A stretch of 64,000 nt of DNA from Candidatus Marinacidobacterales bacterium (lineage in GTDB: Bacteria; Acidobacteriota; Vicinamibacteria; Marinacidobacterales; DATDRI01), in assembly GCA_965219415.1 (NCBI GenBank), contig CBDCNP010000002.1:2112001-2176000 (forward strand). The letters are read 5' to 3'. Positions within the stretch are counted from its first letter, which is position 1, and each line of letters begins with the position of its first letter. Of this stretch, positions 32,846 to 42,720 are shown piece by piece. The notes under the pieces were generated by a model that worked only from the letters and a program-made list of their open reading frames with translations, made no database searches and had not been told where the DNA came from. The position numbers and the translations under genes are program-made.

Positions 32846-32904
32846 GGCTTTCTATTAGCATCAGAGCGCGCCCGTTTCAACTGCCCGCATTGCGCCTTGT
32901 ATCG

Positions 32905-32926
32905 AGCTTAATCGATGCATTAAGCT
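32905..32926. promoter_or_regulatory. Putative operator palindrome
   Basis: AGCTTAAT-N6-ATTAAGCT, AT-rich, between divergent genes. Confidence 0.35.
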
Positions 32927-32936
32927 GGGCGGCGTT

Positions 32937-35748
32937 ATGAGCCTGCCGGCCCTCCTATGGGTACCGCTCGCGACGATCGTTTTCGACCTTCCGCTTCTCG
33001 GCTCCCCACTCACGTCTCCCATACTCGACGAGTTGAAAAACTTGAACGGTGTCGCCGCTATCCAGGCGGACAGTGGCGCTCTCCATTTAGAAGTCGAGGC
33101 GCATGGCTTGGTGCGGCTTTCGGCGATATCGGGAACGATTCGCCGTCATACCGTCAAGACCGAGATCGACTACGACCGCGTCCCTCTCGGCGCGCATACC
33201 ATCTTCGAAATGGATGCGGGTCAATGCTTCAATTGCAGTGAGGGGCCACTGAAGCAGCGACTATCGCGCAAGGATTGGGTCAACCGGTGGTCGGTCGTAG
33301 ACTACGCGGCCAAGGGTCGGCTGCGCTTTCGCATCACGCCCCGGGGTGATGCACAGCTGGCAGCATTAGGAAGACTTCCGTTCGAGGACATTCTCTTCAC
33401 CGCTCGTTACGATACGACCGAGCGGGTGAGTCTCGACTGGCCGACAGGATCGGTCCACTGGCGCAGTAGCGAAGAGGGAGCGAGGTGGGAATCGAGCCGT
33501 TCCTTGAAGCCCCTCCTCGTCTTTCCAACCGCGGGCACGTGAGAGGGCGGCCTCTTCGTGAGAACGGGTCCGTTCTCCGAACCCACAGTGGTCACTCTCA
33601 TCAACCGATACTTCGTGCCGGTGCACGTGGACAACCAAGAATGGTCAGAACCGCGCTACGGGATCAAGCCCGGGGAAGAGAATGCTTACATTATTCTAGA
33701 GACGCCGCCCGGCCAACCCACCGGCCAGCCGGCTCGCCAGAACGACGCGCCCGACGTCGTCTTCCTCAAGACACTGAGCCAAGTACTCGAGCCCGAGAAT
33801 ACGCGAGCTACCCTCAGAAGGTGTGGAAATAAAGTAAAGGCGGAGTAACCTTCCGCGTCACGAAACACGGCGTGAAGGGGCCAACGGAAGGAGACACCGC
33901 CATGAAGGAAAAGACCACAAGACGACGGAGCTCGTCAAGGGTGGCTTGGGAGTCGCTGGAGAAGTGGGCGAGGCTCGAGATCCAGGATTGGGTGCAGGAG
34001 CTGATGGTAGCCGAAGTCACGGAGCTTCTCGGGCGTGAGAAATCGGAGAGACGGAAGCCCGTGGACACAACGGCGGGCTATCGAAATGGATACGGTAAGC
34101 CTCGGAAGCTGACGATGAGCGTGGGCACGGTGACGGTTCGCCGGCCGAGAGTACGGGACGTGGAGGAGAGGTTCGAAAGTCGAGTGCTTCCGCTGTTCAA
34201 GCGTCGGAGCGAAACGGTGAGCGAGTTGATTCCGGAGCTGTACCTGCATGGATTAGCTCACGGAGATTTCGATCTGGCGCTCCGCGGGCTTCTAGGGGAG
34301 GACGCTCCACTTTCTCCCAGCACGGTGTCGCGGCTGAAACAGAAATGGCAGGGAGAGTACGAGCAGTGGCTAGCTCGCCCACTGGATGAACTCGAGCTCG
34401 TGTCCCTGTGGGTAGATGGCGTGTACGTGAAGGCCGGCCTTGAGAAGGACAAGGCGGCGGTGCTAGTTGCGGTTGGTGGCCTGTCCGACGGGACGAAAAT
34501 CGTCCTGACGCTGGAGGCCGGGCATCGAGAATCCGAAGCGTCATGGTCGTCGCTGCTACGGAGACTGAAGAAGCGCGGTCTGAGATGTCCCCGTTTGGTG
34601 ATCGGTGACGGTCATCTCGGCATCTGGGCCGCGACCCGAAACGTATTTCCAGAAGCTGAGGAGCAGCGGTGCTGGAACCACCGAATCCTCAACGTACTGG
34701 ACCGGATTCCGAAAAGGGACCAGGCGCAGGCCAAGCCGCTGTTGACGGCGATCCCCTACCCCACCAGCCTGCAGGAGTGCGAGACGAAGAAGGCCAAGTT
34801 CCAGGATTGGTGCTTGCGCAAGGGTCTTCCGGGGGCCGCGCACGTGCTCGACGAGGACTGGGAGCGGATGGTCAGCTTCTATTCCTTTCCCAAGCCTCAC
34901 TGGCAACACCTTCGCACGAGCAACGTCGTGGAGTCACCGGTTCGCTGTACTGAGATTGAGAACGGATGCGGCCAAAAGGTTCAAGAAAATCGAGTCCGCC
35001 ACTGCGACAATCTTCAAACTGCTTCTGGTTGCGGAGAAGAATTTTCGCCGGCTCAACGCACCGGAGCTGATGCGAGAGGTTCACCTGGGCGTTCGATTTG
35101 AAGATGGAGACAGGGTAACGGAGTCGTCGAAGGTTGCTGCTGCCTGAACTTTTTTACACACCTATTGACAAGAGCTCGAATACGCTCGCCGCACTCCTTG
35201 CGTTCTTGGAAAAACATCCCGAGTTCCACCAACCGTGGCCGGAGCTCGAGGGGCTCGATAGAGACTCGGATCCGTCCTCGCGCACCAGGCGCGCGGAGCT
35301 TCTTTTGGAAGAGGGTAAGGCCGAGCAGGCGCTCGAGCTATTGAGGGCGCCAGGTCTACCCGAGCGAGCGGTTCTAGTTCGTGCGCGCGCCTATCATCGC
35401 TTGAAGCGCCTTGATGAGGCCGCGGCCGAGCTCGACCGTGCGCCCGATTCACTCGAGGTATCGCTCGAGGAGATTCGACTCGCTTACGATCGAGGGCAGC
35501 GCAAAGAGGCGGCGGATGCGCTCGACGAGCTCTTGTCCCAACATGGCAGCAATCTGAAAGCGGCAGAGGCCTATTACCTTCGCGGTTGGCTCTACCACCT
35601 CGAAGGCGACGACGCTCGGGCCATAGACGTGTGGTCCGACGGGATCGAACGGCACCCGCCGACGTCTTCGCTTTTCAGCCAGAAGGCCTACCTCACGCTC
35701 ATCCGGGCAAACTGGGAGCCCCCGGACAGCGTCGACCAACCACGCTAG
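32937..35748 (+). CDS. Putative selenoprotein: N-domain (CFNC) + thioredoxin fold (Sec202) + TPR; interrupted by IS256
   Basis: In-frame TGA at 33540-33542 in KPLLVFPTAGT*EGGLFVRTGPFSEPTVVTLINRYFVPVHVD. IS removal gives a 476-aa frame ending at 35748. Confidence 0.7.
33555..33581 (+). promoter_or_regulatory. Bacterial SECIS-like hairpin
   Basis: UUCG-U(bulge)-GAGAACG-[GGUC]-CGUUCUC-CGAA; loop starts 24 nt after the UGA. Confidence 0.65.
33805..35177 (+). mobile_element. IS256-family element (1373 bp)
   Basis: 8-bp TSD GAATACGC (33797-33804 / 35178-35185). IRs GAGCT...AGGTGTGGAAATAAAGT / GAGCT...AGGTGTGTAAAAAAAGT. Confidence 0.93.
33902..35147 (+). CDS. IS256 transposase, frameshifted near 34940
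   Basis: GYRNGYGKPR, WVDGVYVKAG, IGDGHLG, QRCWNH, RTSNVVESPF..LRLRT. Confidence 0.9.
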
Positions 35749-35937
35749 AAAGTTTGACGTGGGGCTTTCCCCACGTTTAGCGAGTGTTGCAGATCACCGC
35801 GTATCACCCCTGCTTCGCGCTACACTTCCCTCCGTCCGCGCCGACTCTGGTTCTCGTCTCACGACTCGGGGCTTCCCGAGTGCCAGAGATTTTGCAATGA
35901 AGCTCCCTAGCAAGAGAGACCCAGAACAGAGGAGACT

Positions 35938-36741
35938 ATGAGAACTACATTCACGTGGATGGCGACCGCTCTGGGAGTGCTTTTCCTGGCGGTGATGCTG
36001 GTTCCAGCTTGCAGCGACAGCGATGACAATCCAATACCCACGGGATCTTCGGCCATCTCGCCGTCGTCGAGCCCGGGGCTGGTGTCGACGAGCGCAGTTC
36101 CTCAACGAGATAGCGACAGCGAAAGTGACGATAGTGAGAGCGACGACTCCGAGGGTGAGGACAGTGAAAGCGACGACTCCGCAAGCGAGGACGATGACAG
36201 TAGCGACGACCTCAGCGGCGACGGCGGTCTCGCGGACGGCGCTCTCGGGGGCGACGACCTTGATGACAATGAAAGTCGCGTCCGCGATGTCCTCTTGTCG
36301 GCCGATGCCTGCCCCGGCTCTTTCACCGTTGGAGGCACGGTAGTCAACACCACAGCGGAAACGCGGTCCGACTGCGAGCCCGGCTGTGATGGTCACTTCG
36401 AGCGTCTCACCCCGGATCAGTTTTGCCCGTTCCTCGTGGCGGGGCTTCCCATCCGGGCCCGGGGGACCAACGACGCCGGTACCCTGAACGCTTCCCGGGT
36501 TCGAATCGACGATGAGATAAAAGTGACCGGTACCATCTCCGTCGGTAGTGCCGCGTTGGCACCCGGCACGCCGTTCACATTATCGGTTCTCGGCTTGGGC
36601 GACTTGCAATTCGTCGTGGCGCCGGGTGCGTTGATCGAGACCTTTGCTGCAGGAAGCACCGTCCGTGTGGAGGGCGTGGTTCCACCCTTGACCGCCGGGG
36701 GCGGATTGCCAACTTTCGGCGCCACCGAGATACAAAACTAG
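35938..36741 (+). CDS. Lipoprotein with Asp/Ser/Glu low-complexity tract and DUF5666-like OB domains
   Basis: LVPAC lipobox; DSESDDSESDDSEGEDSESDD; FTVGGTVV..T, VRVEG, ATEI motifs. Confidence 0.7.
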   Translation: MRTTFTWMATALGVLFLAVMLVPACSDSDDNPIPTGSSAISPSSSPGLVSTSAVPQRDSDSESDDSESDDSEGEDSESDDSASEDDDSSDDLSGDGGLADGALGGDDLDDNESRVRDVLLSADACPGSFTVGGTVVNTTAETRSDCEPGCDGHFERLTPDQFCPFLVAGLPIRARGTNDAGTLNASRVRIDDEIKVTGTISVGSAALAPGTPFTLSVLGLGDLQFVVAPGALIETFAAGSTVRVEGVVPPLTAGGGLPTFGATEIQN

Positions 36742-36764
36742 CCTTCCTCGGATCAAAGCAGTAG

Positions 36765-36810
36765 GAGTTGGGGAGGCGGACCGTCGCTTCCCCAACTCTC
36801 CTTCATTTCT
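36765..36810 (+). terminator. Probable intrinsic terminator
   Basis: GAGTTGGGGAGGCG / CGCTTCCCCAACTC stem followed by a pyrimidine-rich tail. Confidence 0.5.
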
Positions 36811-36864
36811 GGACAACCCAGACAACACACCGTATAAGCTTTCCCCTTGCGGAGGTGTGAACCC

Positions 36865-37638
36865 ATGAACAAAGCAACCCCGGTCGCTTGCGATCGCTTG
36901 GAAACCGGCGCCTATTGGCGCGTCTTCCTGGATCGTCCCGAGGGCAACATTCTGGACGGCGAGATGTTCGAGGCACTGGAGACGGTCTTTCGGCAGGCAA
37001 GTAAGGACAAAAACCTCAAGGCACTTTGCATCGAAGGGCGCGGAAACCATTTCTCTTTCGGATCCAGCATTCAAGAGCACCTGCCCGGGCACGCCGAGAA
37101 CATGCTTCGCGGCTTCCATAGAATGCTCGAAACCATGTTCGACGGCTCCTATATCGTCCTCGCGGCAGTGCGGGGGCACTGCCTCGGAGGGGGGCTGGAG
37201 TTGGTGAGCTGTTGCCATCGTGTCTTCGCGTCGAGCAACGCGCGGTTGGGGCAACCCGACATCATGCTCGGCGTCTTTCCACCGGTGGCGTCGGTCATTC
37301 TTCCCGAGCGAGTGGGTCGGGCGAACGCGGAAGAGCTGTGCCTTTCTGGGAGGAGTGTCACCGGCGAGGAAGGACTCTCGATGGGCTTAGTTGATGTCGT
37401 CGCCGATGATCCGAGTGACACCGCGTTGGCCTATGCCAAGGAACACTTGCTCCCTCACTCAGCGTCGAGCCTACGATACGCGGTTCGCGCGACCCGGCAC
37501 GGCCGAAGGGAGCGGTTCTTAGCCGAGGTCGGCAAGGTCGAGCGGATTTACCTCGACGAGTTAATGAAAACACACGATGCAGTGGAAGGACTAGAAGCCT
37601 TTATCGAAAAGCGTCCTCCCCAGTGGAAAAACGCTTGA
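36865..37638 (+). CDS. dch: Crotonase; cyclohexa-1,5-diene-1-carbonyl-CoA hydratase-like
   Basis: HFSFGSSIQEHLP, CLGGGLE, LGVFPPVAS, SASSLRYAVRA, YLDELMKTHDAVEGL. Confidence 0.7.
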   Translation: MNKATPVACDRLETGAYWRVFLDRPEGNILDGEMFEALETVFRQASKDKNLKALCIEGRGNHFSFGSSIQEHLPGHAENMLRGFHRMLETMFDGSYIVLAAVRGHCLGGGLELVSCCHRVFASSNARLGQPDIMLGVFPPVASVILPERVGRANAEELCLSGRSVTGEEGLSMGLVDVVADDPSDTALAYAKEHLLPHSASSLRYAVRATRHGRRERFLAEVGKVERIYLDELMKTHDAVEGLEAFIEKRPPQWKNA

Positions 37639-37650
37639 GCCCGAGAACGT

Positions 37651-40600
37651 TTACTTATAAACAACGCCTCCCTTGATCACCCGAGACACCCGATATTGAA
37701 GGAGAGAAATATCGTCGAGCGGATTCCCGTCCACCACGATGATGTCGGCCAGCTTGCCGACGGCGATGGTCCCCAAACGATCGTCGACGCCCTGCATTTG
37801 GGCGGGCCGCAGCGTGGCCGACTGGATGGCTTGCTTCGGGGATACTACGATCGCGGGTGTCCCGTGTTCTTCGAAGAGCGCGTTGAACCGAGCCAAGTCT
37901 TGTTCCATTAGCTCCGTCATCTCTGTCTGAAGTGCCTCCCACTGAGCCTGGAGTTCGTCGAAACGTTTCGTCGCGCTCTCCGTGGGCGGCGCATCGGCAC
38001 TGGCCACCGCACCTTTCAGAAAAAGGAACTGCTCGTTCAGCATGGTCGGGAAGTTGACGGCGTCCATGATCGTTTCGAGCCGTGGCTGCATGAGCCTCGT
38101 CTCTAGCTGCAAGAGTTTCTCGGACAAACTCTCGCCGGCTTCCGCGATCTCGCTTTCACCTTCGAGCCCCTTGGTCGAAGCGACACGAGCCTCAACCTGC
38201 TCACGTAATTGCTGAAGTAGGATGACCGACTTATGGACGGCGTTGATCGATTCCCGGATTCGGCCTAGAAACGCCGCCTGTTCTTCGAGCTCGGCATCCG
38301 TCGCTGTCACGCGGGGGTCCTTGAGGACTTGGAGCGACTCGGTCAGCACTTCATCGCCGACCGTCAAGCGAACCTCATATTTTCCCGGTGGGACGCGGTA
38401 GCCGGGGACGGTTCCGAAGAAATCCGCGGCAAGGAAAGTGCCCGGCACCCGATCGATATCTTCACGCCTTAAATCCCAGACCAAGCGAGTCAAACCAGCC
38501 TCGGTGGGAGTCGAATTCAAGGTTCGAATCACCGTTCCGCTCTCGTCTCGGAACTCGGTTCGAACCGGTTCTTCCGGCGCGTCTGACAAATAGTAATAAG
38601 CGATGGCCCCCGCGGGAGCATTCTCACCCTCACCGGGTCTCGCCCTCGAGCTTCCCTTCGTACGATAGCTATCTCGCGGGCGGAATAAGAAAACTCCCGT
38701 ATCCCGAGTGACGGAGCCCATCTGCTGCAGCGGCGAGAGATCATCGAGAATCCAAAAGCCGCGCCCCTCGGTCGAGGCGACGAGGTCGTTGTGGCGAACG
38801 ACCAGGTCGGTAACCGGTACCGAGGGGAGATTGAGTTTGAGGCCTTGCCAGAGAGCACCGTCGTTGAACGAAACGTAAACACCGCTTTGGGTTCCCGCGT
38901 ACAGAAGTCCTTTTCGGCCCGGGTCCTCCCGAACCACACGCACCGAGTCACCACTGGGCAGACCTCGGGTGAGGGATCGCCAAGTCCCTCCGTAATCGCT
39001 AGTCTTATAGATATGGGGTTCGAAGTCGTTGCTAACGAACCCCGTCGCCACAATATAGGCAGTCGCCGGATCGTGTGGCGATACATCGATGGCGTTGACC
39101 CTCGTTTCCCCGACCCCCGGCGGGGTGACGTTCTGCCAACTCGCACCTCCGTCCCGAGTGATCTGCACGGTTCCGTCATCTACTCCGACCCATAGCGTGC
39201 CGGCTTCGTGCGGAGATTCCACCAAGTAAGTGATGGTGTTGTAGTACTCGCCACCGGCGGCTTCGCCCATGATGGGGCCGCCACCGGCGCCATGCTTGTC
39301 CACTTCGTTCCTTGTCAGATCGGGACTGATCTCCTCCCAGCTCTGCCCCCCATCCGTCGTTTTCAAAACCAGCTGCGCCGCGTGATAGATCGTTTTGTAG
39401 TCGTGCGGGGACGCAACGATGGGCGCGTTCCAATTGAACCGGTAGCGCAGATCCTCGGTATCCAAACCGAGTCCTTGCACGGGAATGGCCATGATGTTTT
39501 TCGCCTGTCCGCTGCGACGGTCGTACTCGGTGATCTGATTCATGTTCGCGCCCGCGTAAATGAGGGTCGGATCGTCCGGATCGAGAGCCACGAAGCCGCT
39601 TTCGCCTCCCCCTACGGTGTGCCAATCTTGCCTCGCGATCCCGGTACCCGATGTCCGGCTCGGGACCGCCGCACATCCGGTGAAGTCCTGCTGGCAGCCA
39701 TAGACCCAGTAGGGGAACCGATTGTCGGTGGTGACGCGATAGAACTGGGCCGTCGGTTGATTGTCTTGAGGTCCCCAGGTTCGCCCCCCATTGAAAGTAA
39801 CGTTGGCGCCTCCGTCGTTGCCGTTGATCATCCACCCGTTCTGAAGCGGGTGAATCCAGAGATCGTGGTTGTCGCCGTGCGGGGTGGGTACGTTCTCGAA
39901 ACTCTTGCCGCCGTCGGTGGAACGCAGCATCTGCATGTTGAGGACATAGACCGTATCGGGGTCGACGGGATCGGCGTAGACGCGCATGAAGTACCAGGAG
40001 CGGGCAAAGAGGACGCGCTCGGAGTTGACGCGACGCCAATTCACGCCCGCGTCGTCGGAGCGATAGAGTCCGCCCTCGTCGGCTTCTACGATCGCCCATA
40101 CTCTCTCCGAATCGGCGGGCGAGACGGCGACGCCCATCTTCCCCAGAGTACCTTCGGGCAATCCTTCGGTAAGCTCCTCCCAGTTCTCACCTCCATCCGA
40201 AGTCTTGTAGAGACCACTCCCCGGCCCGCCGCTGGTAACCTTCCAGGGCTGCCTTTGATACTCCCACATGGCAGCGTAGAGGATTCGCGGGTTGCTGGGA
40301 TCCATACTCAGATCCACCGCTCCCGTTTTGTCGTCGACGAAAAGAATCCGCTTCCAGCTCTCCCCACCGTCTTCGGATCGATAGACCCCCCGCTCTTCGC
40401 TGGGTCCCCAGGGACTCCCTTGAGAAGCCACGTACACCAGATCGGGATTTTTGGGGTGAATGCGAATTCTCGGAACGCGTCGACTGGACGTAAGACCTCG
40501 ATGCTCCCACGTTTTTCCACCGTCAGTAGATTTGTAGACGCCGTCTCCATCGGACGAGGCCTGGCCTCGCGGCGGCCCCTCCCCCATCCCCACGTAGATG

Positions 40601-40905
40601 ACGTTGGGATCGGATACGGCAACGGCAATCGCCCCGACCGAGCCGGACGCGAATTGGCCGTCGGAAATGGCGTTCCATGTCATGCCAGCATCTTCCGTTT
40701 TCCAGAGGCCGCCGCCCGCGGCGCCTGAAAAGAAGGAATGGATCTGACCAGGGACACCGGTGACCGCGGTGACCCGGCCGCCTCGAAACGGCCCGATGTG
40801 CCGCCACTTCATCGCCTGTTCGAGATTGAGATCAACGTGTTGCCCGTAGGCGTGTCCCCCGTACACGGTCAGAACTAAGATGAGCGTACCGATGAGCCTC
40901 TTCAT
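37651..40905 (-). CDS. VPS10/BNR-repeat secreted protein with fused amidohydrolase C-terminal tail
   Basis: WRHIGPFRGGRV, many SxDGGxxW, PHGDNHDLW, NQPTAQFY. Last about 60 aa are QAIQSAT...GKLADIIVVDGNPLDDI...VIKGG. Confidence 0.88.
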   Translation of the reverse strand: MKRLIGTLILVLTVYGGHAYGQHVDLNLEQAMKWRHIGPFRGGRVTAVTGVPGQIHSFFSGAAGGGLWKTEDAGMTWNAISDGQFASGSVGAIAVAVSDPNVIYVGMGEGPPRGQASSDGDGVYKSTDGGKTWEHRGLTSSRRVPRIRIHPKNPDLVYVASQGSPWGPSEERGVYRSEDGGESWKRILFVDDKTGAVDLSMDPSNPRILYAAMWEYQRQPWKVTSGGPGSGLYKTSDGGENWEELTEGLPEGTLGKMGVAVSPADSERVWAIVEADEGGLYRSDDAGVNWRRVNSERVLFARSWYFMRVYADPVDPDTVYVLNMQMLRSTDGGKSFENVPTPHGDNHDLWIHPLQNGWMINGNDGGANVTFNGGRTWGPQDNQPTAQFYRVTTDNRFPYWVYGCQQDFTGCAAVPSRTSGTGIARQDWHTVGGGESGFVALDPDDPTLIYAGANMNQITEYDRRSGQAKNIMAIPVQGLGLDTEDLRYRFNWNAPIVASPHDYKTIYHAAQLVLKTTDGGQSWEEISPDLTRNEVDKHGAGGGPIMGEAAGGEYYNTITYLVESPHEAGTLWVGVDDGTVQITRDGGASWQNVTPPGVGETRVNAIDVSPHDPATAYIVATGFVSNDFEPHIYKTSDYGGTWRSLTRGLPSGDSVRVVREDPGRKGLLYAGTQSGVYVSFNDGALWQGLKLNLPSVPVTDLVVRHNDLVASTEGRGFWILDDLSPLQQMGSVTRDTGVFLFRPRDSYRTKGSSRARPGEGENAPAGAIAYYYLSDAPEEPVRTEFRDESGTVIRTLNSTPTEAGLTRLVWDLRREDIDRVPGTFLAADFFGTVPGYRVPPGKYEVRLTVGDEVLTESLQVLKDPRVTATDAELEEQAAFLGRIRESINAVHKSVILLQQLREQVEARVASTKGLEGESEIAEAGESLSEKLLQLETRLMQPRLETIMDAVNFPTMLNEQFLFLKGAVASADAPPTESATKRFDELQAQWEALQTEMTELMEQDLARFNALFEEHGTPAIVVSPKQAIQSATLRPAQMQGVDDRLGTIAVGKLADIIVVDGNPLDDISLLQYRVSRVIKGGVVYK

Positions 40906-41073
40906 TCTTTCCTCCGACATGGACCAAACCCTCCGCTCGCCCACGAAGAATATCAATAAGATGGCAAACCTGCCGCTCGATGATGGCAAACTTACCGCTC
41001 GATGCTGAGCGACAGTGCGGCTCGATTCGTGGTACAAACATTCCCCTATTTTCTTGTTTCGAAGGAGTCAGTG

Positions 41074-41829
41074 ATGTCCGGTGTCCGCGTTCTCTTGGCT
41101 GGCGAGTCTTGGGTCTCGAGCAGCACCCACTTCAAAGGATGGGATTTCTTCTCCAGCACTGTGTACGAGACCGGCACCGAGTATTTGGACAAAGTGCTCG
41201 TGCCGTCGGCTTTCGAGTTTCACCATATGCCAAGCCACATAGCCGCCAAGGAGTTCCCCCTCGACAAGAAGGGGTTGGCGAACTACGACGTCGTGATCCT
41301 GAGCGACATCGGTGCCAACACGCTTCTTCTGCATCCCGACACCTGGGCGCGCGGCAAGGCAACACCTAATCGCCTACGACTCCTCGCCGACTGGGTGAAC
41401 GAGGGCGGCGGACTGGCGATGGCCGGCGGATATTTCTCCTTCGCGGGAATCTACGGCGCCGCCAAGTACTACCGGACTCCGATTGAAGAAATCCTGCCCG
41501 TCAGCATCCACTGCTTTGACGATCGTCTCGAGACTCCGGAGGGCACGTCTCCCCAAATCGTCGACGCGTCTCACCCGATCGTCGAGAACATGCCCGAGCC
41601 ATGGCCACACCTTCTCGGATTCAACGAGCTCTCACTTAAGAAGGAAGCGATCCTTATCGCGAAGGCAGGAGAACATCCCTTGCTCGCGGTGCAACAGGTC
41701 GGAAAGGGTCGCACGCTGGCCTGGGCATCGGATATCGGTCCTCATTGGTGTCCCGAGGCCTTCGCGAGCTGGGAAGGCTACGCGTCGTTGTGGTCGCAAT
41801 CCATGGAGTGGTTGGCCGGACGACGGTAG
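41074..41829 (+). CDS. Class I glutamine amidotransferase-like (DUF1355) protein
   Basis: VLLAGESW, YDVVILSDIGANTLLL, GGYFSF, SDIGPHWCP. Confidence 0.85.
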   Translation: MSGVRVLLAGESWVSSSTHFKGWDFFSSTVYETGTEYLDKVLVPSAFEFHHMPSHIAAKEFPLDKKGLANYDVVILSDIGANTLLLHPDTWARGKATPNRLRLLADWVNEGGGLAMAGGYFSFAGIYGAAKYYRTPIEEILPVSIHCFDDRLETPEGTSPQIVDASHPIVENMPEPWPHLLGFNELSLKKEAILIAKAGEHPLLAVQQVGKGRTLAWASDIGPHWCPEAFASWEGYASLWSQSMEWLAGRR

Positions 41830-41858
41830 GTTTACTCCCCGGCCTAACGACATCCAGC

Positions 41859-42715
41859 TCAGGCATTCCAGGTGGGCTCTTTCGAGATCAGCGCTCCTGC
41901 CACCAGACCCAGCTTACTCGGCAGCGAGAGACCTACCCTGCGTTCGAGCACCGGATAACCAAGTGTTTCGATTCTCTCCAATATGCGACTGTAGACCGTG
42001 CCCATGAGGGACGTGCAGCGGCGGCTGTCTTGCTCGATCAAGTCGAGAAGCGGCGCGGCGGTAGTACTCCCGGACGCGCTCGACCTGAAAACGCATAAGT
42101 TCTTTAAAGGCCGGAGTAGCATGTCGTTCCTTGAGGTCCTTCTCAGACACCCCGAAGCGGTCGAGCTCTTCCTTCGGAAGATAGATTCGATCCTTCTCGG
42201 CCGCGTCTTCTCCGACGTCACGCAGGATGTTGGTCAGCTGAAACGCGGTTGCCAAGTCGCGCCCTCTATCGATGGCCGTTTCGTCCTTGTAGCCGAAAAT
42301 CGAAAGCGACATCGTGGAGATAGTGGTTGCGACCAACTCGCTGTAAACGAGAAGCTCTTCGTAAGTGGCGTAGCGATTCTTGACCAAATCCATCCGGCAC
42401 CCTTCGATGAGACCGGCGAATGATTCTTTGGGAATCGGGTACCGTTTCGCCGAGTCGGCAAGAACGAAAGCAATCGGATGTGTGGGTTGGCCCTGATAAC
42501 ATCGCTCGAGCTCTTCTTCCCAGCGATCGACGCGCTGTCGGACGTCGGCGCCGGGCTCCTCATCGACAATGTCGTCTGACGAAGCGACAAAAAGCGTACG
42601 TGGCATATACCGCGCGACGTTTGAGCAAGGGCAGAAAACGGAACCCAACGGAGAAGTTCGGCCCGTAGCGGTGGGCGACCTGGCGGCAGAGGGCGTAGGC
42701 GTCGTCCAGCTCCAT
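41859..42715 (-). CDS. Squalene/phytoene synthase family protein, two frameshifts (near 42577 and 42055)
   Basis: YAFCR..DDIVD, FQLTNILRDVGED...RIYLP. Confidence 0.85.
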
Positions 42716-42720
42716 CGCGC

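Noticed and set aside
35790-35937. Riboswitch in the lipoprotein leader
   Set aside because: Hairpins are present but I recognise no aptamer consensus; an Rfam scan is needed.
39208-40728. Long antisense ORFs (506 aa here; also 49865-50977, 28727-29593 and others)
   Set aside because: Shadows of well-supported genes in GC-rich DNA, with no recognisable motifs.
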